64,000 nt of DNA from Myxococcota bacterium (GTDB lineage: Bacteria > Myxococcota_C > UBA6777), in contig JAKLKB010000019.1 of NCBI GenBank assembly GCA_023150835.1, positions 1 through 64,000 on the forward strand, written 5' to 3'. The notes under the pieces were generated by a model. It did not search any database. It was not told the origin of the DNA and worked only from the letters and a program-made list of their open reading frames with translations. Of this stretch, positions 49,604-57,712 are shown one piece after another. The translations under genes and the position numbers were made by a program. The number at the start of each line of letters is the position of its first letter. The first letter of the stretch is position 1.

Positions 49604-51430
49604 GTGATGTTGTGGTGTCGGGCAGTCGTGCGTGGGATCGGGATCGGATGGTGTGGTTGGTTGATGATGCTGTGGTCGTGCCAAGCGCCACAAGAACCGG
49701 GCTGTGGGGATGGAAAGACGCTGTGTTCAGCGCGATGCGTGGATCTTGCGAGTGATGTGGGCCATTGTGGGGCGTGTGGGAAAGCGTGCGGCGCAACCGA
49801 GCGTTGTGTAAAAAGCCGATGTGTCGGGCTTTGCGATGGAAAACAAGTGCGTTGTGGCGAGGCTTGTGTGGATGTGCAAGCGACACGTGCGCATTGTGGG
49901 GCGTGTGGGAAAGCGTGCGGTGCAACAGAAGCTTGTGTGGAAGGGCGTTGTGTGTCTTCGTGCGGGTCGTTGGGGAAAGTCGCGTGCAGTGAGACGTGTG
50001 CGGATCTACAGACGGATGTTGCGCATTGTGGTGTGTGTGGGAAGGCTTGTGATGTGACGGAACGATGCGTGTCTGGGGTGTGTTCGTGTGCTTCAGGAGA
50101 AGGCCGATGTGCGGGGCGTTGTGTCGATCTGCGAGCCTCACGAGAACATTGTGGGGCGTGCGGTGTGGCTTGTGCGGATGGTCAGTCCTGTGCGAGCGGA
50201 GTGTGCGTTGCAGTATGCCCTGAAGCGACGCCGTTGTTGTGTTTGGGCGGATGTATCGATGTCACGCGAGATTCCCGTCATTGCGGGGGATGTGGGAAGG
50301 CGTGTGCGCTGGATCAAGAATGTGTCGGGGGTCAGTGCCTTTGTGCAGAGGGGCTGATGCGTTGTGGGGATCGTTGTGTGGATGTGATGGCGAATGGTGC
50401 GCATTGTGGGGCGTGTGGTTTGGCCTGCGAAGGGGGGCAGGTTTGTTCGGCGGGGGCGTGTGTGGCTTCGTGTCCTGCGGCGACAGCGACGGTTTGTTTG
50501 GGAGGTTGTGCGGATACGCAAAACAACTCATTGCATTGCGGTGCGTGTGGGAAAGGGTGTACGTGGGGGCAGTATTGTGAAAAGGGAGCGTGTCGTTGTC
50601 CCGAAGGACAGGGCTTTTGCGATGGGGCGTGTGTGGATCTGAAGGTGGATCGGCTGCATTGTGGGGCGTGCGGGAAGGCTTGCGCGGGGGGGCAGCTTTG
50701 CGATGAGGGCGCGTGCGTTGCGAACTGTGCGGCCTCCAAAAAGGCGTGTTATGGGGGTTGTGTGGACGTATCAAACAATCCGCGTCATTGCGGGGGATGT
50801 GGTGTGGTTTGTCGCGCAGGGACGGGCTGTGTCAAAGGGCAGTGTCAGTGCGCGGCAGGTCAAGTGCGTTGTGGTCGGTCATGTGTGGAAGTGGCGGCAG
50901 ATCCGTTGAATTGTGGGCGTTGTGGTCTGGCTTGTGGGATGGGCGAGCGTTGCGTGGAGGGGCGTTGTGAAGTGGGTTGCAGTCCTTCGTATCCAGATCG
51001 CTGCGGAGATCGTTGTGTGGATCGCAAGCGCGATAACGCGCATTGTGGGGCGTGTGGCGTGGCCTGCCCGCAAGGGCAGCTTTGCGTGGAAGGCAAGTGC
51101 GCGTTGAACTGCCCTGCTGGACAGAGTCCGTGTGATGGGATCTGTGCGGATCTGCAAACAGACACGCTGCATTGTGGTGTGTGTGGGAAGGCTTGTGCCT
51201 CGTACGAGCGTTGTGTCGCGGGAGTGTGTGCTTGCGAAGAAGGCGTGGGACGGGCGTGTTATACGGGTCCAGCGGGGACGGAAGGAAGAGGCGTCTGCAA
51301 GGGCGGCGTCTCGCATTGCAAACAAGGCCAGTGGTCGGCGTGTGTGGGCGAAGTGTTGCCCTCTGCGGAGATCCCGCAAGATCGGTTGGACAATAACTGC
51401 GATGGCCAAGTCGACGAAGTCGTGCCGTAA
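49604..51430 (+). CDS. Cys-rich lipoprotein of DxxHCGxCGxAC repeats (MXAN_6577/STIG1-like)
   Basis: About 12 repeats; LWS-C signal. Confidence 0.8.
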   Translation: MMLWCRAVVRGIGIGWCGWLMMLWSCQAPQEPGCGDGKTLCSARCVDLASDVGHCGACGKACGATERCVKSRCVGLCDGKQVRCGEACVDVQATRAHCGACGKACGATEACVEGRCVSSCGSLGKVACSETCADLQTDVAHCGVCGKACDVTERCVSGVCSCASGEGRCAGRCVDLRASREHCGACGVACADGQSCASGVCVAVCPEATPLLCLGGCIDVTRDSRHCGGCGKACALDQECVGGQCLCAEGLMRCGDRCVDVMANGAHCGACGLACEGGQVCSAGACVASCPAATATVCLGGCADTQNNSLHCGACGKGCTWGQYCEKGACRCPEGQGFCDGACVDLKVDRLHCGACGKACAGGQLCDEGACVANCAASKKACYGGCVDVSNNPRHCGGCGVVCRAGTGCVKGQCQCAAGQVRCGRSCVEVAADPLNCGRCGLACGMGERCVEGRCEVGCSPSYPDRCGDRCVDRKRDNAHCGACGVACPQGQLCVEGKCALNCPAGQSPCDGICADLQTDTLHCGVCGKACASYERCVAGVCACEEGVGRACYTGPAGTEGRGVCKGGVSHCKQGQWSACVGEVLPSAEIPQDRLDNNCDGQVDEVVP

Positions 51431-51468
51431 GAAGGGGGAGTCGTGATGAGTCGGATATTTGGAAAGAA

Positions 51469-51695
51469 GCGAGTGTTTGGGATATTCGGAGATAGGCGAG
51501 CGTTTGGGATATTCGGAGATAGGCGAGCGTCTGGGATGGTGGGGATGCGACATCGCAACTCCATCTTGTCCGATGGACGGGTGCGGGTCGATACGCGAGG
51601 CCATGAGAGCGTCGATCAGGTATTTGTGAAAGAGCGGGCAAGGCAACCGGTCGATACGCGAGGCCATGAGAGCGTCGATACGCGAGGCCATGAGA
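51469..51695. repeat. Short direct repeats: 27-bp (GTTTGGGATATTCGGAGATAGGCGAGC) and 24-bp (GTCGATACGCGAGGCCATGAGAGC, three copies)
   Basis: Directly visible between the two Cys-rich genes. Confidence 0.8.
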
Positions 51696-51787
51696 TGTTT
51701 GGGATGCGAGCCGATGGGGGCGAAAGCGTTTGGAATGAGCTTTCGTGTCGAGCCATCGCCAAAAGACAGCAGGCAAAGGGTCAAAAG

Positions 51788-54700
51788 ATGCAGCAGCGAA
51801 TCGGTGTATGGGGCTTTTGGCGTGGCGTGATGGTGTTGTTGTGGGGGATGTGGGGAGTGGCCTGTCAGCCTCCCCAGCCCTCTTTGTTGTGTGAAACGGG
51901 AAAAGCCCGTTGTGGCGAGGCTTGTGTAGACGTCACGCAAGATCCGAAGCATTGTGGGGTGTGTGGGGCGGTGTGCCGTTCGGAGGAGCGCTGTGACAAG
52001 GGCTTGTGTGTGTTGCGTTGCGCGGCTGGGACGCAAGATTGCGCAGGGAATTGTGTGGATATCTTGGCAAGCGAAAAGCATTGTGGCGCGTGCGCAAAAG
52101 CCTGTGCAACGGGCGAGCGTTGTTTTTTGGGTCGATGTGTTTCAGCTTGTCCGCCCAATCTCCCCGATCTTTGCGAGGGGACGTGCGTGGACAAACGATC
52201 GGACCGCAAGCATTGTGGGGCGTGTGGTGAGATCTGTGCGGTGGGCCGAGTCTGCCAAGAAGGCGGATGCCGCTGTCCTATCGGGCAGTTCTTGTGTGGG
52301 AGTACTTGTGTCGATCCGATGACCAGTACGCAACACTGCGGAGATTGCAAGCGCCCTTGTGCAGAGGGCCAGATCTGTGCAAGCGGAACGTGCGTTCCTT
52401 CGTGTCCATCGGCAACACCGACGACGTGCTTTGGGGGATGTGTTGATACGCAAAGCCACCGCTTGCATTGTGGGGGATGCGGTCGGGTTTGTTTGGCTGG
52501 ACAAAGCTGCTCTGCGGGGAAGTGTTTGTGCGCCGAAGATATCACGGAGTGCGGAGATCGTTGTGTCGATCTGACCTCGGATTATGCGCACTGTGGGGCG
52601 TGTGGGGCGGCTTGTGCGGGAGGTCAGTTGTGTGCTTTCGGCGGTTGTGTGACGTCATGTCCTGCGGCAACACCCACCGCTTGTTTCGGCGGATGCGTCG
52701 ACACACAAAGCAATCGATTGCATTGCGGAGCCTGCGGTACAGCCTGCGGAGCAGGGCAATCTTGTATCCAAGGCAAGTGTGTGTGCCCTCCCAATCAAAA
52801 GCTTTGTGATGGTGTTTGCGTCGATCCTCGCGCCAACTTCCAACATTGCGGGACGTGTATGCAGATCTGCGCGATGGGTGAGGTGTGTGGTGACGCGAAG
52901 TGCCAGATCCAATGCCCTGCGGCGACGGCGACGATCTGCTTTGGTGGTTGTGTCGATCTGCAAAGTGATACGTTGCATTGTGGCGGATGTGGCAAGCGTT
53001 GCGGCTTTGGAACGGCGTGTGAAAAAGGCCAGTGCGTTTGTGCTGTGGGGTTTGCGCTGTGTGGAGGGCGTTGTCAAGACCTTCAAAACGCACGTGCGCA
53101 CTGTGGGGCGTGTGGCAAGGCGTGTGGGCCAACCGAGTCTTGCGTCAAAGGGGCGTGTGAGCCTGTGTGTTTGCGTGAAGCCCCGACGCGCTGTGGTGCG
53201 TTGTGCGTCGACACAAAGCAAGATGCCCGTCATTGCGGAAGCTGCGACAAAGCCTGTGCGCAAGGCGAGCGTTGCCGAGATGGTCAGTGCGTTCCCGAAT
53301 GCCCTGTGGGGCAGACTCTTTGCGCGGGACAATGCTTCGATCTGCAACGTTCTTTGCAGCACTGCGGGACGTGCGGAAATGCTTGCGCGGCAGGGTCGGT
53401 GTGTAAAGCGGGGCGGTGCGATTGTGTGGATGGCGCTGTGCGCTCTTGCTATGAGGCTCCCGCCGCCACCAAGGGCGTGGGGCCTTGTGTCGCAGGTGAA
53501 CAACGCTGTACAGCGGGTGTTTGGGGCCCTTGCACAGGGCAGGTATTGCCGAGTATCGAGATCAAGGACGGTGTGGACAATGATTGCGATGGGATGGTCG
53601 ATGAGTCCGTACAAGTTCAACTTTTTGCGGGAAATTCGCTGCTGAAAAATGGTGGATTGCTGGAGGCGCGCTTTCATCAACCCGCACAGATCGTCTCGGA
53701 TAGTGCGGGAAATCTGTATCTTGCAGATACCGCCAACCACATGATCCGAAAGATCGATCCACAAGGCAACGTGACAACCTTCGCAGGGACGGGTGTTCCA
53801 GCATTCAAAGACGGGACCGCTCTCCAAGCCACCTTCCAGCACCCCGAAGATCTCGCCTTTGACAGCAAAGGAAACTTGTACATCGCAGACACAGGCAACC
53901 ACGCCATCCGCATGATCGATCTACAAGGCAACGTCAAGACGATCGCAGGTGCCGGAAAGTCGGGATTTCAAGATGGATCTGGTGGACAAGCGCTGTTCTT
54001 TTCTCCGCGTGGGATCGCGTTCGATAAAAATGGGACGCTTTTTGTTGCAGATACGGGCAACCACGCGATCCGCAAAGTCGATCCACAAGGCCAAGTTAGC
54101 CTGATCGCAGGAAATGGCGTCGCTGGATTTAGTGATGGTACGGGCAAGATGGCTCAATTCGACGAACCCACCGATCTGGTCATCGACTCCGCAAACAACC
54201 TGTACGTCGCCGATTCGCAGAACCATCGCATCCGAAAGGTCGATGACAAGGGCGTCGTCACCACCTTTGCAGGGGCGGGCCTTGCAGACTTTCTTGATGG
54301 AAAAGCTCAACAAGCGCGCTTTAAGGCTCCGCGTGGTCTGCTCTTGGACGGGGCTGGAAACCTGTACGTCGCCGATGCCTTTAACCATCGTATCCGCAAG
54401 ATCGACGCTCAAGGCAACGTCTCCACTCTTGCAGGGACGGGAAATGCAGGGTTTAAGGACGACACAGGCTTGAATGCGCAGCTCTATCGGCCTTCTGGAC
54501 TGGCGCTCGATAACAAAGGCGACTTGATGATCGTCGACACAGAAAACAAGCGTGTTCGCAAACTGTCGCTGAATACGGGGATTGTCACCACGTTGACGGG
54601 CGATGATCCGCGTGGTTTTGTCGATGGTTCGGTCGGGCAAGCCAAGTTCAATCGCGTTTCCGCTGTCACCACCGATCTCACCAACGGAGATGTGTTTGTG

Positions 54701-55549
54701 GCCGACAGCGAGAATCATCGCATCCGAAATGTCGATCCCAAGGGCCTGACCACCACGCTGTCTGGAACGGGCCAAGCGGGTTATTTGGACGGTGATGCGG
54801 CGACGGCTCGTTTTCAATCGCCGCGTGGCTTGGTGTTTTCGCACTCTTCTCGGATGCTTTACGTTGCCGACACGCGAAACCATCGCATCCGCATCGTCGA
54901 TCTCCAAGGAAAGGTGACGACCCTCGCAGGAGACGGAACAGCGGGCTTGCGTGATGGTGCGGCGATGCAAGCCAACTTTCGTGAGCCTCAAGGTCTTGCC
55001 CTCGATGAAGCCGCCAACCTCTTGTACGTAGCAGACACAGGCAACCACGTGATCCGCTTGATTGATCTCGCGGCAGGGCAAGTCAAAACCTACGCAGGAG
55101 ACGGCACGTTGGGCTTTGTCGATGCAGACGCAACCAAGGCGCGTTTTGCCGCTCCTCAAGGTATCGCGTGGCAACAAGGGGTGGGGTTGCTTGTGGCGGA
55201 TACGCAGAATGTGCGGATTCGGCTGGTGGATACCAAGCAGCAAGTTCGAACTGTCGCAGGAGCCGGCAAAGTCGCACGCACAGACGGCGAGGCGTTACGA
55301 GCCAACTTTCTCGAACCGATCGGCTTGTTGGTGGGGCGCGACAAACGCCTGTATATCACCGATCAAACAAGCATCCGATGGTTGGAAAAGGGGCGCGTTC
55401 AAACCTTTGTGGGGGCGAGCTATGCAAGCTATCTCGACGGCGATATCTCTGTGGCTTCGTTTGGACAGATCTGGGGTCTGGTGCAACGCTACGACGGTGC
55501 CTTGGTTGCGGCAGATCAGGGATACCACCATCTGCGCTTGATCCAGTGA
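51788..55549 (+). CDS. Cys-rich lipoprotein with C-terminal NHL-repeat propellers
   Basis: GVA-C lipobox; HCGxCG repeats; LYVADT.NH.IRK repeats. Confidence 0.85.
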   Translation: MQQRIGVWGFWRGVMVLLWGMWGVACQPPQPSLLCETGKARCGEACVDVTQDPKHCGVCGAVCRSEERCDKGLCVLRCAAGTQDCAGNCVDILASEKHCGACAKACATGERCFLGRCVSACPPNLPDLCEGTCVDKRSDRKHCGACGEICAVGRVCQEGGCRCPIGQFLCGSTCVDPMTSTQHCGDCKRPCAEGQICASGTCVPSCPSATPTTCFGGCVDTQSHRLHCGGCGRVCLAGQSCSAGKCLCAEDITECGDRCVDLTSDYAHCGACGAACAGGQLCAFGGCVTSCPAATPTACFGGCVDTQSNRLHCGACGTACGAGQSCIQGKCVCPPNQKLCDGVCVDPRANFQHCGTCMQICAMGEVCGDAKCQIQCPAATATICFGGCVDLQSDTLHCGGCGKRCGFGTACEKGQCVCAVGFALCGGRCQDLQNARAHCGACGKACGPTESCVKGACEPVCLREAPTRCGALCVDTKQDARHCGSCDKACAQGERCRDGQCVPECPVGQTLCAGQCFDLQRSLQHCGTCGNACAAGSVCKAGRCDCVDGAVRSCYEAPAATKGVGPCVAGEQRCTAGVWGPCTGQVLPSIEIKDGVDNDCDGMVDESVQVQLFAGNSLLKNGGLLEARFHQPAQIVSDSAGNLYLADTANHMIRKIDPQGNVTTFAGTGVPAFKDGTALQATFQHPEDLAFDSKGNLYIADTGNHAIRMIDLQGNVKTIAGAGKSGFQDGSGGQALFFSPRGIAFDKNGTLFVADTGNHAIRKVDPQGQVSLIAGNGVAGFSDGTGKMAQFDEPTDLVIDSANNLYVADSQNHRIRKVDDKGVVTTFAGAGLADFLDGKAQQARFKAPRGLLLDGAGNLYVADAFNHRIRKIDAQGNVSTLAGTGNAGFKDDTGLNAQLYRPSGLALDNKGDLMIVDTENKRVRKLSLNTGIVTTLTGDDPRGFVDGSVGQAKFNRVSAVTTDLTNGDVFVADSENHRIRNVDPKGLTTTLSGTGQAGYLDGDAATARFQSPRGLVFSHSSRMLYVADTRNHRIRIVDLQGKVTTLAGDGTAGLRDGAAMQANFREPQGLALDEAANLLYVADTGNHVIRLIDLAAGQVKTYAGDGTLGFVDADATKARFAAPQGIAWQQGVGLLVADTQNVRIRLVDTKQQVRTVAGAGKVARTDGEALRANFLEPIGLLVGRDKRLYITDQTSIRWLEKGRVQTFVGASYASYLDGDISVASFGQIWGLVQRYDGALVAADQGYHHLRLIQ

Positions 55550-55603
55550 AGACAAAGAAAGGCACACAGTAGCCTTTCGCCGAAAAGAAATGGAGGTTGG
55601 TTC

Positions 55604-56377
55604 GTGGATATCTTGGTGATCTCTGTGGTTGCTTTTTTGGCGTCGGGGCTGACTCTTTTTTCTGGGTTTGGTTTGGGTACGCTCTTGATGCCGGTTGTTG
55701 CGCTTTTTTTCTCGGTTGACGTGGCGATCGCGATGACTGCGATGGTTCACTTGGCGAACAACCTTTTTAAGGTTGTTTTGCTTGGCAAAGATGCGAACCG
55801 AGCGGTTCTTTGGAGGTTTGGGACGTCGGCTGTTCTGTTTGCTTTTCTTGGGGCGTTGGTGTTGGGGTGGCTGTCGGGGGCTGCTCCTGTTTTTGCGTAT
55901 ACGGTGTTTGGTCGATTGTTTCAGGTTTTTCCGATCAAGCTTGTTGTGGGTGTGTTGGTGCTGATGTTTGTTCTTTTGGAGTTATCGTCGTGGTTTGCAT
56001 CTTTGGAGCTTGACAGAAAGTATCTTCCTCTTGGAGGGATGGTGAGCGGATTTTTTGGCGGGCTTTCAGGACATCAGGGGGCATTTCGCAGTATGTTTTT
56101 GTTGAAGGCGGGTTTGAGCAAAGAAGAATTTGTTGCGACAGGCGTGGTGTTGGCTGTTTTGGTCGACACGTCGAGGATGTTCGTTTACGGGTGGGGGATG
56201 ATCGGCCAACAGCACGGCATCCGATGGACATTGATCATCGTGGCGTCTCTTTCGGCTTTTCTTGGGGCTTATTTGGGCGCGAAGTGGCTTCAAAAGGTGA
56301 CGATCCGTTCGATTCAACTCGCTGTTTCGGCGCTTCTTATCTTGCTTGCTTTGGGGATGATCGCGGGTGTGTTGTGA
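55604..56377 (+). CDS. TauE/SafE (TSUP) family transporter
   Basis: SGFGLGT, GFFGGLSG.QG; about 8 TMs; GGAGG RBS with GTG start. Confidence 0.85.
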   Translation: MDILVISVVAFLASGLTLFSGFGLGTLLMPVVALFFSVDVAIAMTAMVHLANNLFKVVLLGKDANRAVLWRFGTSAVLFAFLGALVLGWLSGAAPVFAYTVFGRLFQVFPIKLVVGVLVLMFVLLELSSWFASLELDRKYLPLGGMVSGFFGGLSGHQGAFRSMFLLKAGLSKEEFVATGVVLAVLVDTSRMFVYGWGMIGQQHGIRWTLIIVASLSAFLGAYLGAKWLQKVTIRSIQLAVSALLILLALGMIAGVL

Positions 56378-56403
56378 TCGTGGGAGGCGGATGGAGGGCT
56401 GTG

Positions 56404-57483
56404 TTAGGGGGTGGCTTGGCGGAGGGTGCCGTTTTCGAGGTCGCGGATGGGGGTTCCGTCGGCGGTATTGCTGAATTGGATGCCACCGCCGCGTTCAGCG
56501 GCAGTGGTTAGGCTTGGGGACATCTCAAAGCCCCATGCCTTGAGCAAGGCGATCGGGTCGATGAATTGTTGTTCGCCTTGGGCAGCGAGGCGACTCAGGC
56601 GGCCCGACATCTCGACATTTTGGACGACACCGCCGCGAACATCGAGGTGGCCCATGTAGAGGACGCGCTTTCCGCGTGCGAGAGCAGGGTTGGTGAGGAT
56701 CACACGGCCTTCTTCGTCTCGGCGCGCCGCAGGGAGGGCGTGGATCGAACCATCCGAAAGGATGGCGAAGTTGTTGGCCCACTTTTGTCCTGAGCTACCG
56801 CGTGCGTAGATATCTTCGTGCATTCCTTCGTCGTAGTGTGCTGCGATATCACCTGTACCCCCCGCACGACGGTCATAATCGATGCGCGTCATGCGTTGTC
56901 CACCCGGGCCCAGTTCGCTGCGCGGTGTGATCACGTTGTATTCGCTTGGATCGTTTTTATCGTCTTGGAGGGCTTTGGGCGTGATCTCGGTGTAGTCAAA
57001 GCGCATATTGCCGGAGGGTTTGGACATGGAGGGATAATCGCTGTAGACGCCTTTGACTTCGCCGCTGCTGCTGCGTTTGGTGTCGTTGACATCAAAGGGT
57101 TCGAGTCCACTTGCGTAGGCTTTGGAGAGGAGTTCTTTGACGGCTGCGGGGATCGGGGTTCCACCGAAACTGGTGTCGCGGATGGTCTTGGCTTCTTCGA
57201 GAGATTCGGGTCGGATCAACTCACCTGCAAGCATGGGGAAGCGGACGCCTGCTTGTTGGGCTTCGTTGAAGGCTTCGAGGGTGGTGCGGTAGCCTGAGCG
57301 GTCAAAGCTGTTGCCTTGGACGTTGATGTTTTTGGCTTGCAAGACGGCATCGCGGATCGCGTTCATCTCGCCGGCATCGACGGACTTTCCAGCCGAGGCC
57401 ACAGCTTTTTGGATATCTTGGGCGTCGAGCATCCCATCGCGGGTAAGCTGGCGCAGGGTGTCTTTGACTTGGCGAACAGACAT
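56404..57483 (-). CDS. Hypothetical protein without signal peptide; possible effector
   Basis: AGGAG RBS; N-terminus similar to the 60536-61534 product. Confidence 0.7.
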   Translation of the reverse strand: MSVRQVKDTLRQLTRDGMLDAQDIQKAVASAGKSVDAGEMNAIRDAVLQAKNINVQGNSFDRSGYRTTLEAFNEAQQAGVRFPMLAGELIRPESLEEAKTIRDTSFGGTPIPAAVKELLSKAYASGLEPFDVNDTKRSSSGEVKGVYSDYPSMSKPSGNMRFDYTEITPKALQDDKNDPSEYNVITPRSELGPGGQRMTRIDYDRRAGGTGDIAAHYDEGMHEDIYARGSSGQKWANNFAILSDGSIHALPAARRDEEGRVILTNPALARGKRVLYMGHLDVRGGVVQNVEMSGRLSRLAAQGEQQFIDPIALLKAWGFEMSPSLTTAAERGGGIQFSNTADGTPIRDLENGTLRQATP

Positions 57484-57503
57484 CTTTGGCTCCTGTAGGT
57501 GTC

Positions 57504-57694
57504 ATACGAGATCCGAGAGAAGTGTGTTTGAAGGGTAGGTGCGATCCGCTGTAGACGCCCTGTTGTTGGGCAGCCACATACGCTTGGTGGGGGGATCGGT
57601 ACCGCGCCAACGAGCGATCCGCTATAGACGCCCTGTTGTTGGGCAGGGGGCTGCCCCTACGTGTTTTAATCGCACACCTTGGTGGATTTCGTGT
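57504..57694 (-). repeat. Family 1 element (copy F) with internal duplication
   Basis: ATACGAGATCCG start; GCGATCCGCT.TAGACGCCCTGTTGTTGGGCAG twice; CTGCCCCTAC. Confidence 0.8.
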
Positions 57695-57712
57695 CACTTG
57701 TTGGTTTGGTGG

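Noticed and set aside
51443..51787. N-terminal extension of the NHL protein
   Set aside because: Made of short repeats; the lipoprotein signal begins at ATG 51788.
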